Shown here piece by piece: positions 13,125 through 25,714 of a stretch of DNA of 64,000 bases. A program made the position numbers and the translations under genes. The notes below the pieces were generated by a model. It saw only the letters and a list, made by a program, of their open reading frames with translations, had not been told where the DNA came from and made no database searches. The DNA is taken from positions 20,150,001-20,214,000 of the forward strand of contig NC_079167.1 of assembly GCF_947568905.1 (NCBI RefSeq), in the 5' to 3' direction. Positions within the stretch are counted from its first letter, which is position 1. Each line of letters opens with the position of its first letter. This DNA comes from Ostrea edulis. Lineage: Eukaryota.

Positions 13125-15007
13125 ATGCTGAAGGAATTCTGCCTGCTGCTTTTGGTCACATATGTGGCGGCTACCTATAACATAGGTAAGATTCCATATT
13201 TTCACCTAATCTCTGACCTATTATATAGGTAAGATTCTATATTTTCACTTAATCTCTGACCTATAACATAGGTAAGATTCCATATTTTCACTTAATCTTT
13301 GATAAAGTCCAATATTCAATGATACATTTTTAAACGATTATCATGCTTCTTTACTTTCACAGGTTACCCCTCCACACCAAGCTATCCAACCCCGACCTAC
13401 CCCAACAGTGGATATCGTTATGTCGTCTACGTCCAATACCTCTACTATTTGTACGCTGTGTATGGACCCAACTCCGTACAATATCTCCAGTATTACTACT
13501 ATTTAGTCAGACTGCACATCATCCCATACGGATTCAACTTTGGTGGCGGTGGATATCCTCGGTTTAGTGGTAGCAGAATCATCCCATTAGGAGGTAGAAG
13601 TGGAATTATCCCTATTGGTGGAGGTTCAACAGGTGGATTTCCAATTGGCGGTGGATTAGGAGGTCTTCCACTTGGTGGATCTGGCTCTCCATTAGGAGGT
13701 GGTCTAGGCGGTTTACCTTTGGGAGGCGGAGGTCTTGGAGGAGGATTCCCACTCGGAGGTTCCGGATTCCCAAGTGGTGGTTCAGGTTTCCCTCTTGGAG
13801 GAGGTAGTCTAGGTGGTGGTTTCCCTCTTGGTGGATCTGGCTCTCCATTAGGAGGTGGTCTCGGCGGTTCACCTTTGGGAGGCGGAGGTCTTGGAGGAGG
13901 ATTCCCACTCGGAGGTTCCGGATTCCCAAGCGGTGGTTCAGGTTTCCCTCTTGGAGGAGGTAGTCTAGGTGGTGGTTTCCCTCTTGGTGGATCTGGCTCT
14001 CCATTAGGAGGTGGTCTCGGCGGTTCACCTTTGGGAGGCGGAGGTCTTGGAGGAGGATTCCCTCTCGGAGGTTCCGGATTCCCAAGCGGTGGTTCAGGTT
14101 TCCCTCTTGGAGGAGGTAGTCTAGGTGGTGGTTTCCCTCTTGGTGGATCTGGCTCTCCATTAGGAGGTGGTTTCGGCGGTTCACCTTTGGGAGGCGGAGG
14201 TCTTGGAGGATTCCCACTCGGAGGTTCCGGATTCCCAAGTGGTGGTTCAGGTTTCCCTCTTGGAGGAGGTAGTCTAGGTGGTGGTTTCCCTCTTGGTGGA
14301 TCTGGCTCTCCATTAGGAGGTGGTCTCGGCGGTTCACCTTTGGGAGGCGGAGGTCTTGGAGGAGGATTCCCACTCGGAGGTTCCGGATTCCCAAGCGGTG
14401 GTTCAGGTTTCCCTCTTGGAGGAGGTAGTCTAGGTGGTGGTTTCCCTCTTGGTGGATCTGGCTCTCCATTAGGAGGTGGTCTCGGTGGTTCACCTTTGGG
14501 AGGCGGAGGTCTTGGAGGATTCCCACTCGGAGGTTCCGGATTCCCAAGTGGTGGTTCAGGTTTCCCTCTTGGAGGAGGTAGTCTAGGTGGTGGTTTCCCT
14601 CTTGGTGGATCTGGCTCTCCATTAGGAGGTGGTCTCGGTGGCGGAATTGGTGGTGGCTTTCCTCTTGGAGGATCTGGTTTTCCAAGTGGTGGAAGTGGAT
14701 TTCCATCTGGCGATAGCTCCATAAGTTTCACCAGCAGTGGTTCTTCCTTCTCATCTGGCAGTTCTGGATTCCCAAGTGGGGGATTCCCAGGAAGTGGGGG
14801 ATTCCCAGGAAGTGGGGGATTCCCAGGAAGTGGGGGATTTCCAGGTGGATTTAACGGCGGATATTCAGGAGGCCATGGTGGATATAAACCCAAGAAAGGG
14901 TAATTCAAATCATCCTTATGTCATACGAAATTGCATATCATAAAGTATGCATTATCAATTGTCCATTATCATACACTTAAGAATTCTGATTTTTTTTTTG
15001 TAGGTAG
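13125..15007 (+). CDS. G2: shematrin-like Gly/Pro/Leu/Phe-rich secreted protein, 533 aa
   Basis: Exon 13125-13185 (MLKEFCLLLLVTYVAATYNIG, signal peptide), exon 13363-14899 (YP-rich stretch, Tyr domain, six 51-52 aa repeats, Ser linker, GGFPGS repeats, YKPKK), terminal exon from 15004 (G then TAG). All junctions are GT-AG. AATAAA at 15112. Confidence 0.9.
13173..13301 (+). repeat. Triplicated 43-bp unit containing the G2 exon-2 splice donor
   Basis: acctataacataggtaagattccatattttcacctaatctctg x3 (13173, 13216, 13259). Confidence 0.9.
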
Positions 15008-15416
15008 GACTACTGAACTTCAGCTTTAAAAACTGGATCCCAAACCCGTATTTTATGACTGGAACCGTCCCCGACTTCGACGTCTAATTGTAAATATATG
15101 CATGGTTATGGAATAAATTGAAGACACCCAAATATTTCTTCGTGCTCATATTTAAGGAAGTTAGGTCACGAACTTCAGTTAGAATTTAGTTGGCTGTATA
15201 GCTGGTATACTCGCGGTACTGGTCAGCCACAGCATACACGCTTTCTTACTCATATCTAATTGTGTTTTCTCAAAAACATCAGTACTGTGTTTGGCACCTA
15301 CCGTATAAAAATGTATCGATTTTAAAATGAATGTCACGGTTCTTATCTCCGTGTTGAGGTTAGTTCAAGTCTACAAATTGAGAAACGTGTTAAAAAGGCA
15401 AAGTTAAACATTTATA

Positions 15417-15720
15417 CCGGTGGCGGCAGCCTAGTGCTTAGCGATCCCGCTTTGTAACCGGTAAGTTCGATCCTCCCGGTGCCAAGTCAAACTTAAGACG
15501 GTTAACAGCATCCGGTACTAGAAGTGAAAGTCACGTGTCTTTCAGATATGACCATAAAGTTGAAGGTCCCGTGTCTCGGTATATCTAAATAACCACACTA
15601 CATCAGCCCTAAGAGCTATGTATAGGTCAACATTTGTTGCGCATCATTTAAATCTGGTGACTCTCTACATGAGTGAAAAAAAACCCAAACAATATTCCAA
15701 TAAAACAACTATACAATTCA
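15417..15720 (+). mobile_element. Degenerate tRNA-derived SINE
   Basis: Decayed tRNA-like head (gttcgatcc B-box-like), body ggtcccgtgtc, and 3' region matching the SINEs at 56421 and 62556. Confidence 0.6.
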
Positions 15721-16602
15721 ATATAAACATGCGTTCATAAAGAAGAGGATTGCATTCTCAATATTTACATTAGGTTATTCAATTATTTCGCAATCGTAGG
15801 ATTTTATAACACCTACAGATTTTTAATCACTATTTAAGCAAAAGAAACATGTTAACCGAAATACTTAATCCTTATCTTTTTGCAATGTATAACTTGAGCT
15901 ATATCTTATAGTTTGTTCTGTTGGCCAGAATTTCGATTTAACATTATATCAAACTCTGTTCTCATTACTGTATGATTTTAAATTTTAAAAAATTATGCTA
16001 CATAAAATATTCTTAAGTAACTATATTTTGTGGCGGGTTTTTTTCATGTCACAACGAATACAAAAAGAAATTATATGAATATTTCTGTTGCTAGGTTTGT
16101 AAAATTAGATTATTTAACTTTATTTCATAGTATATCTGTTATAGATATTTAATCATGCGAATCACAGAAAGCGCAATTTTGAAATGTCGAGGGCTAAGTG
16201 CAAAAATCAAATTCAATGCCATCTGTCTCCAACTTTGCAATAAATCATATTATATATTGATCATAAAATCTATTTTGCAATATTTCCTGATGACTGTCAT
16301 GCCGAAGAACAAACATCCTCATGAAATTCAACATAAAACAGACCGATGCCCAACACTTAAGAGTGTGCTGATAGTGGTCATCAGCACCAAGATCATTTAA
16401 GCAATATACTTAGCAATATGCTATGCAACATTCCAATCTATTGTATATATGTTCAAATACTCCAGAAGTTTTACGTCCAGAATTGGATCTTGTAGATTCT
16501 CACTGTTGGCATTTCCGCCGTTTGGATTTTGTTCGTTTTTTGCTTTGTTTGCTCCATGCATCTGTATGAAAGAATTAAGAAAATGATAAATTTATTCCTT
16601 AA

Positions 16603-17720
16603 CCCTTCAAGGGCCAAATCTTTTCCTATTGATAGAAAATAATCTTTGTGGTTCCATGATCTTGTAAAGAGAACCCAATATGTAATGATTATAAAGCATT
16701 CTGTAAGTATTTAGTCTGGATCATCCCGACGTTTATGTACCCCACATCTTCTGGAAAGTCGACGTATATACAAACGCCGGGATGATCCAGACTAGTAAAT
16801 ACGTGTATTATGTTCCTACACTGGTACCCTGTTGACCTCGCTTCTCTCATGTACAACAGGTCAGCGCTAATTTTAGAGAGCCAGGATTTGAGCTGTAGCG
16901 TTATCTCACGCGAATAAGGAGAGTTCATTTCAAAACAACAACGACGCTAGCTATGACACCACAGTCAACTACACTACGTTGCGAATGTATACGGTGAATC
17001 AATTTACCAATGAAATCGGTTCATTTCGGCCGCTGACCCGGTGTTTGTGTGTAGCACCAATCAGCGGGGAACCAGTTTATTATGTTCCCTCCCAGCTCCA
17101 AATTAAGTCGTTCACGTAATATTCTGAGTGAGTAATCTTACGTCAACAGTTTATGTATAGTCATAACAAAGGATTACTGAGGAAAATAAAATTCGTTTCA
17201 CATTTATATGGAACTCACACAGTTCAGTCAACCATAAGATGTTTTGTCTCTTTCAATTTGCGGACCTACGAGGCCTTTAGGGCTTTAATCTTCGATTCAG
17301 CATCTGTTATATCTAACCCTTCATCTTTAACATTTTTGGCACACTGATTCTGACTACGGATAACTCCGTTTACCTGATCCGGATATAGGGCTCACGGCGG
17401 GTGTGACCGGTCGACAGGGGATCCTTACTCCTCCTAGGCACCTGATCCCACCTCTGGTGTGTCCAGGGGTCCGTTTTTGCCCAACTATCTAGTTTGTATT
17501 GCTTGTAGGAGTTATGAGATTGATCACTGTTCGTTATCTTCACCTTTCTTCCAATCATGGTATTCCGTTTTATCCTATCAGTTTTGTTCCATATGAAATT
17601 AAATATTTGCGTTTTTCTCAATTTTCTGAATATGTGGGGAAAAAAAATCTTTTAGACAAGCTATATCATCTTTTTATGTGAAGGCGTTGGTTGAAATTCG
17701 TAACGTGGCGCATTAAGGGG
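16603..17720. mobile_element. Putative piggyBac-like non-autonomous element with nested Penelope fragment
   Basis: TTAA|CCCTT at 16599-16607 and AAGGGG|TTAA at 17715-17724. TIR similarity is short and imperfect. Confidence 0.45.
17341..17548 (+). mobile_element. 3' end fragment of the Naiad-type Penelope-like element
   Basis: Matches 40863-41071 through ...ttatcttcacctttc. A shorter piece of the same end lies at 18745-18844. Confidence 0.9.
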
Positions 17721-18880
17721 TTAATCAACAAATAACCAATAGATATTTTTAGCTGGGATTATGAGATTTTTATAGACAACTTAGGAATGAACAATAGCAC
17801 ATGGAGTGTCAAATCAATTCCAACTGGCATCTCCCACCTCCCGGAAAAAACTTATTCAGAAAGGCGGTGCATTATGATAGACAAATTGGGAATGAACAAC
17901 ACACTTGCGGTATGCTGATGAAGATTGAAAGGATCTTGCTGCAATTTTAAGGAAGTTTTGCTTTAAATCTTACATTCCGACAATGTAAATGTCGAATTTC
18001 ATCATGGTGAATTGAAGATTTTGGGCAAAATGGGGTTTATGTTATGTTACATAAATTTTACGTAAAATGGTCATTGGTTTGTGGCCGTTGTATTTTCCTG
18101 CCACCTTTTGTTTTTAATTTTAGTGTGTTACAGTTATTTTTGTATGCACGTATGTTTGAAGGAAATTCACACGTCCTTATCATTGTGAAGCATTGTGAAA
18201 AGTGTAAAATACTTGAGATCTCTGTATCTTTATATGAATGTGTGTCCTTTGTTAATAATTCCTCACGTTTTACTTGATGGATGGTGAGAAAATGTAGTCG
18301 AATTCTTGAAGGAATGAATATTTCAAATATGTTTACCAATAGCTTATTTTTGTTTGAACACATTTATTTCAGTTCGTACTTTCAAGCATGGCGTGTTTCA
18401 GATGTCTTTTAGATGTTTTGGTAGGGGATGGATAAGTTAAAGTTTACTCGTCAGGAAGAGGTCGTAAGGCTGGTGGGATTTTTTTTGTTCACGAAAGGAA
18501 AAAAATTTGCCATAAAATTTTAATTAAATGCAACAGTTCAAAATAACATAATTATGAAATCCTGTCAATACAAATGACGAAGATGACAGTATTGTGTCTG
18601 TTGAATGGAAAGCCATATGAAAATCTCTTAAATTTTATATCTTTTTCCAGATTAACATTTACCCTTTTCATAGCAAAACAAAACGCATGAATGTGTGAAT
18701 TTATTCCCAATTTATGTATAAGCTGCGTATGAATTTATGATCTGCCTCTGGTGTGAACAGGAATCCATGTTTCCGCTCCTCTTATATTGTTTTCTTTATA
18801 GGATTTATGAGATTGATCACTGTTCGTTATCTTCACCTTTTCATCTATTTATTTACTATCAAACCTGTATAGTATTATAG

Positions 18881-18977
18881 GGTTATTGAACTTCTATTGG
18901 TGAATATTGACACGACTTGGCTGTCAAAATGCACAAGCTTGCGAGTGCCAATATTCACCAAAATAAGTTCAATAACC
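18881..18977. repeat. Inverted repeat or hairpin, 33-bp arms with a 31-nt loop
   Basis: ggttattgaacttctattggtgaatattgacac vs gtgccaatattcaccaaaataagttcaataacc (3 mismatches). Confidence 0.85.
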
Positions 18978-19295
18978 TTTTTATTATATAACTAAAGTAT
19001 TTAGTTGTTAAATTATATCCCTTTTCGTGCAAAATACTCCAAAATCGACGATAATTCATCAACATTGGCATCTATGGTGAAAGTGTGCAATATCAGCAAA
19101 CTGAGCATGCATTTCTTAATTGTTCAATATCAAACTCGTCATTGATGCATGAAGCAAACTGATTTTGTGAATGGGGACATTTTGTTCTAGTAAATAAAAT
19201 GAATATTTGTTTTTAGTGCAATAGATACTCAAATACCGGCTCTATCAGATTCGGAGGACTGTCGTCTGCCATTAATTTGGCTGTTTACGTCGTTA

Positions 19296-19946
19296 TGGTG
19301 GCAGGGGACAGTTTCTTTGGTTTTGAAACATGTGGATAGGGGGTATACACCAAAGTCAGATTATGACAGACTAATGAAAAATCATATTTCCCTTTTATGT
19401 CAATACTTGTATTTCATATTAGTGTAGTTAATAAATTATGACCCTAAATTACATGTAATCTATAAATACTGGTGCTGGTGCACAAAACATGCTCTGAGCA
19501 GGTTCCCCTTTTTTGCTTTGATTTTCCCTCATTTGGGCTAATCCGCACCACCCCCACACCATCACAGTACCAAACATGGGGATTTAGACACTGTGCACAA
19601 TCAAGAACCCTATCTGCCCTTCTCAAAAATCTACCTCTCATATGGGGCCATCCACCTTCCCTCACAGCTACAGACCTTTTGCTAGACCCTGCATGTTTTC
19701 ACCGGAATTTCTTCAGCAACTGACCACGTGTCTTAGTTTCGTATTTGCACCCATCTATATGCTAGGAATCATGGTGACACCTACATGTTGTATATCAACA
19801 TTTTTACTAAGCACTCAGCTACATTTGACATGCATCCTAAAATTATTGTATACATTTTTACACATGTAATATCACTTCAAATACAGGGTAATTCCATTTT
19901 TTGAAAAAGTTGACGGGCCTATAGTGCGAAACTGTCCCCTGCTACC
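19296..19946. mobile_element. MITE, TA-flanked
   Basis: ta|tggtggcaggggacagtttc ... gaaactgtcccctgctacc|ta. The terminus resembles that of the 1990-3367 element. Confidence 0.55.
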
Positions 19947-20204
19947 TATGGTAAGGTCAATATTGAACGCTCATACTCGGAATGTTTCGGGCACACACAA
20001 TTTACCCAATGCAAAGTTAGCGTTCAATAAATTCTCAGGATATTGAACGCTAACATTCTCTAAATTTTACGCAGATTTTATAATAGACTATTTATTAGCT
20101 ATATAATAAAGTAAAATATTGAGGAGATAGAAACTTCATTTATTAGAGTTCATATAAAATCACTTAATGACAGGATTCTACATAATCTCAGCATCAAAAT
20201 ATAC

Positions 20205-21028
20205 AGCTATAGAACTGTACCTCTCATCCGTAGCTATAGAACTGTACCTCTAATCCGTAGTTATAGAAATGTAGCTCTAATAAGTAGCTATAGAACTGTA
20301 GCTCTAATACGTAGCTATAGAACTGTAGCTCTAATATGTAGCTATAGAACTGTAGCTCTAATATGTAGCTATATGTAGAACTGTAGCTCTAATACATAGC
20401 TATAGAACTGTAGCTCTAATATGTAGCTATAGAACTGTAGCTCTAATATGTAGCTATATGTAGAACTGTAGCTCTAATACATAGCTATAGAACTGTAGCT
20501 CTAATATGTAGCTATAGAACTGTAGATCTAATACGTAGCTATATGTAGAACTGTAGCTCTAATACGTAGCTATAGAACTGTAGCTCTAATACGTAGCTAT
20601 ATAACTGTAGCTCTAATATGTAGCTATAGAACTGTAGCTCTAATATGTAGCTATAGAACTGTAGCTCTAATATGTAGCTATATGTAGAACTGTAGCTCTA
20701 ATACATAGCTATAGAACTGTAGCTCTAATATGTAGCTATAGAACTGTAGCTCTAATACGTAGCTATAGAACTGTAGCTCTGATAAGTAGCTATAGAACTG
20801 TAGCTCTAATATGTAGCTATAGAACTGTAGCTCTAATATGTAGCTATAGAACTGTAGCTCTAATATGTAGCTATAGAACTGTAGCTCTAATATGTAGCTA
20901 TAGAACTGTAGCTCTAATACATAGCTATAGAACTGTAGCTCTAATATGTAGCTATATGTAGAACTGTAGCTCTAATACGTAGCTATACATGTAGAACTGT
21001 AGCTCTGATACGTAGCTATAACTGTAGA
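20205..21028. repeat. Satellite, ~30 x 27 bp (some 31 bp)
   Basis: Unit tagctatagaactgtagctctaatatg; some copies carry a 4-bp tatg insertion. Confidence 0.95.
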
Positions 21029-23704
21029 ATTTGTAAAAATTTCAAACATATTTTTCCCTACACCTGTTTTCAAACACAGGTTCAAGCATTTATTAAAACG
21101 TCACCCTAACTTCAAAACCCAGCTTCAACATGTACAATGTTTTTACGTCGATGGTTATCTTTGAAATGATGGTAAAAGATAGACACATGAGATTAAGGAT
21201 GCCACCTTTAAAGAAATCATTCATTCGCTTATAGATTAATAAAATACACAACATTTGCATTGCACTACATTAATTGTCAACATGAAGAAAACAATGTGAA
21301 CAAATTACTTTTTCAATTTGTTTTATAAACAGTGACATTTTTTCTAGAATGGCCACGTTTGCTGATGACAATTCAAAGTACTCATGTATGTGCAATATCG
21401 ATACATAACCCTTTCGTCCTGTCACGTAGTGTCAAGCATCACCAGTAATTCTGTTTCTTGAACAAAGTGAACCTGCCATCTAAATTTTTTGACTTTCTGT
21501 TTAGATATGACAGCATCATTATAAATTACATCTGTAATTTTTTTCATTGTGAAACAGTATGGAGATGTTTTGGTTGAAATGTAGGAAGTGTAGACATAAA
21601 TGCCATTTTGTCTAGGGCTATTTGGTGTGGTTTTTCCTTTCTAAATAGCAATCTCACAAGTTTTGTCATCACATCCACATGGTCACTGTAAATGAAGACG
21701 GTTACTTCCGTGGCCAGTTAGTAATTCATTATGTAATTTAATAATTTACAATTTTGCACATGCATAGATATTGTCCAGCAAAAATAAATAAATAAAATAA
21801 TGAAATAAACAGAAACAACAAGAAAAAGACTCATATTAAAGTAACAAAACAAAATCAAAGAAAAAACTACCAGTAAATATAACTACATCAACAGCACCGA
21901 GAAAATAAACAGGCAACCCCGCTCCAACATCGAAAACAGCAACAAGAATAAAACACCCCCTTAATCTGAATATCGAAACTACCTACACTACACAACAGCC
22001 TATTCCAGCCATCTTGAGGTTTATCGACGACGATACTGGTATCATGTATATCTGTATTTTATATTTTTATTGCCATTTATTTTCATCTCATTTCGTATAT
22101 TCATCTTTATTACCGCAGAACCTCTAGCATCCATTCTCATCACTGAAACCACTTCCCTGGGAATATCTTGCTTAACGAAACGTCAGATGTATTCCACTTC
22201 CATTTGAGGTTCACAAAGTCATGTTTCATCCTTGTCTAACTTTATATAACCCAAATAAAATGTGTGACATAAATCACAGCACTCGATCATCAATATTTCA
22301 AAAACGAAATCCAATATACAAGGTGAAGGCGATTGAGTTAACAATTCAGAATGAAATATAAAAAAGTAACAAAACGAAAATTGAGCCCATGCAACAGAGG
22401 CAAGGAAACTTTCGGGAAAGTAGGAATAATAATTAAAAGATGTGTACGAATTTCTTATAAGCATGATAAAAGATAAAAGAATGTTTGGTTTTCAAAAAAG
22501 ACATGTTTTTGAAAAACTATGTCATATTGAACTTTTCAACCTTTTCTGAAAAATCGTTCCAAAAAAAACCAAAAAAAAAAAAAAAAAAACCCAACTGAAT
22601 TGACGTCAACTCATAACAAATCCTATGCACCGATTCGAATGGGATTAAATATATGCAGTTTTGATATATCCAACCGATTTTAGGAATTAGCTGATTAGAC
22701 CACAACTATTCAATGACAATACAGGATTTTAGTACCTATAGATTGATGTACTTGTGTAGCTTTTACTTAGAAATCCTTTCTACCAATATCAGTCGGAACG
22801 AGCTCGTTAAAAATGGCGTTCGGATGCAAGAGTCCGAGGTATATAGGGAGCTTGGTAACGTTAACCAAGGCTCTTACTTGTAGGAGTATTCAACAACTCA
22901 TAAATTCTCAATGAAAATCTTTATTATTCAGCCATTACTGTTTCACCTAACAAAGGAACACAATTTATCAAAGGAATAAAAAATGAAAGTGAAAATACCC
23001 CCATATAATGTTGATTCTGGTGAAAATACCCCCATATAATGTTGATTCTGACTTGCCTTTTGTTCAATGAAGCTAAAACACAGTTAAAACGTTCGTACTG
23101 TTTCAACATAGATGAAACTGTTCGTGGCAAACAGACGTGCCACGTGTGAAACAGCCACCAAAACACACAAAACCCTCCATGTCGAATTAAATGTAAAAGG
23201 CAAGATCCATCGAATTTTACTTGAACTCTCTTAAGAACTGATTTCAACATGAGTCGGGTATATTCATGTTTTTTTCTATGATGTCTTTTGCCCTCAATCT
23301 TTGATTTTCCTAACCAAAAATTTGATTCCAGCACAAAGAGATTTACATCATGCGGCAGTAGAAACGTTTTTAGTGTAGAACTGTTCGCACAATCCAAACC
23401 TAAGGTCTGCCTCAATGAATGAAACATAAGACCCGTTTTATTGAGAGACGAGGACGTGGCAAAACTGAATGATCTAACTTTGTTTAAAAAAGCCATCCCT
23501 ACAAATTTATAAGTAGTTATTTCCTCGTCAAATTCAAGAAATCAATGATGAAATTGAATATTATTGCGAAATTCTCTAAACTTGTAACTGTATGAAGTAA
23601 AGATTTTTATGTCCGTTACATAATAACGATATAATTGATGTTTATTTGTACATGTCCGTTCATTTAAACAATTGTTTGGACATGCATTTCTTTGATATTT
23701 AAGT

Positions 23705-23862
23705 TTTGACTTCCGTGTTCGGAATAGTACGAGTCATCAGAATCAATCAAAGCTTTTTGTACCGAACTGATGCCAGGTCGTTGATCGGTGTGTATATAAA
23801 GGGACCGCTCTCCTGAACCATCACAGTTTGAATCAACATCCCAGAGAAGGACCAACAAACAG
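23705..23862 (+). promoter_or_regulatory. G3 promoter and non-coding exon 1
   Basis: ACTTCCGTGTTC (23709), TCATCAGAATCAATC, TATATAAAGGGACCGCTCTCC (23793), donor cag|gtaaaa after 23862, acceptor ttgtag| at 24276. Confidence 0.75.
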
Positions 23863-24282
23863 GTAAAATGCTTTTCTTATCAGTTCACATTAAATTAAAT
23901 CAATATTATTTCAAATAATTTTGTGATCTTTAACGTTCTTACTATATATTCACACTAACTAATAGTTACCTTATCAAAAATGAAAACGAGATTCTTATTG
24001 GAACGTCCAGTAAAGCTGCCTATTAAAAATATGTAGGTACCACAGTTCATAAACTGGTTCCACGCTGATTGGTGCTGCACACGAGATCGTGATGGTCTCT
24101 TAATTGAATATGATTTGTTGTAGTTTTATACAAATTGGCATTGCTAAATTACATGTGTGTAGTTTCTTTCATCGGATAAATAATTGCAAATCAATCTTAT
24201 ATTTAAATTTTCGAACGCAAATCTTTCTCTAACACAAAGACAAACAATATCTAATTAATGGTTATTTATTTTGTAGATCACC

Positions 24283-25400
24283 ATGTTGAAGGAAGTTTGT
24301 TTTCTGTTAATGGCCACATACGTGGCGGCAACCTATGGCACAGGTATAACTGCAGAATTTCTCTGAATCCTTGATAAGTTCCGTGTTCAATAGAACATTT
24401 TTGTATTACATGCCCGTTTCTTTACTTTCACAGGTTACCCCTCACAACCAAGCTATCCAGCCCCGACCTACCCCAACAGTGGATATCGTTATGTCATCTA
24501 CGTCCAATACCTCTACTACTTGTACGCTGTGTACGGTCCCAACTCTGTACAATACATTCAGTATTACCAATACTTGATCAGATTGCACATCATTCCTCAA
24601 GGATTCTCATTTGGATCTGGCGGATTCCCAGGCGGTATTGGCGGAAGTAGAATTATAGGGGGCGGTAGCGGCATAACCCCAATCGGAGGAGGATATATCC
24701 CAGGTGGTGGTTTCCCAGGAAGCAGCAGAGGATTTCCCGGTGGTAGAGGAGGAAGCTCTCTGAGTTTCTCAAGTGGATCTGGATTTTTCTCTGGATCCGG
24801 AGGCGGTTTCCCAAGTGGCGGATTTCCTAGCGGTGGATTCCCCGGCGGACTCTCCTCCGGCGGATTCCCCGGTTCCGGAAGCGGTTTCCCAAGTGGCGGA
24901 TTTCCTAGCGGTGGATTCCCAGGCGGACTTTCCTCCGGCGGATTCCCCGGTGGATCTTTCCCCGGATCTGGAAGTGGTGGGTTCCCAGGCGGACTCTCAT
25001 CTAGCAGTTTTTCTAGCGGTAGTTCCTTCCTGAGCAGCGGCAGTTTAGGTGGTGGTCCTGGCGGTATCGGAGGTGGTCCTGGAGGAATCGGTGGAGGAAT
25101 AGGAGGAATTGGAGGAGGAATAGGAGGAGGAATTGGAGGAGGAATAGGAGGAGGAATTGGAGGAGGAATAGGAGGAATTGGAGGAGGAATTGGAGGAGGA
25201 ATAGGAGGAATTGGAGGAGGAATAGGAGGAGGAATTGGAGGAGGAATAGGAGGAAGAATTGGAGGCAGAAAGAAACTTGGTAACCTTATTTTTTTTTTTG
25301 ATAATTGCTCAAAGGTTATGATAGTTTTTTTCTAAAAATTCCAAAGCAAGATTTTGAAAAAGAAAAGTTTTACTATATTTTTATTTTAGGTTTTTACTAA
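24283..25400 (+). CDS. G3: shematrin-like GGFP-repeat secreted protein, 305 aa
   Basis: Exons 24283-24343 (MLKEVCFLLMATYVAATYGTG), 24434-25279 and 25390-25400; ends ...RKKLGFY*. Phase-1 GT-AG introns. AATAAA at 25479. Confidence 0.92.
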
Positions 25401-25714
25401 ACTGTTCCCGGATTGACTGAGATGGATTTGGCCTTGAACTTGCATTTCATGTGATTTGCTTTTTTGTTAGGTTGTGGAATAAACAAATGATGCCCAAATT
25501 GTCTTGTATTAATTTTGCTTAAGGTGGTTCCAGTATTGTTAAAACTGGACTATTGATCGAATTTTGTATAACAGAATGTTTCACAAGAAACACATTGACG
25601 CAAGCTTCAAAGAAAGGCCGCAAATAATTTGTTTTATTTAACCGATCGTATAAAATGTTAATTTTGCAAGAGAACAAGTATCAATGATGCAGATTACTTT
25701 CATCATATTATATT

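Noticed and set aside
13499-14908. 469-aa Pro-rich minus-strand ORF (also 50215-50835, 13612-14706 and 1077-1268)
   Set aside because: Antisense shadows of GGN-rich codons (GGN gives NCC, few stops). The 469-aa ORF starts at TTG, and none has independent gene signals.
22924-23496. 190-aa minus-strand ORF upstream of G3
   Set aside because: No motif recognised in any frame; contains a local ~28-bp duplication and has no paralogous counterpart. A tblastx/HMM search would be needed to revive it.
25280-25335. ORF-track C-termini such as GNLIFFFDNCSK (also G1, G4, G5, G6) and N-termini such as MILHARFF
   Set aside because: Read-through into introns; conserved GT/AG sites give a consistent spliced family structure.
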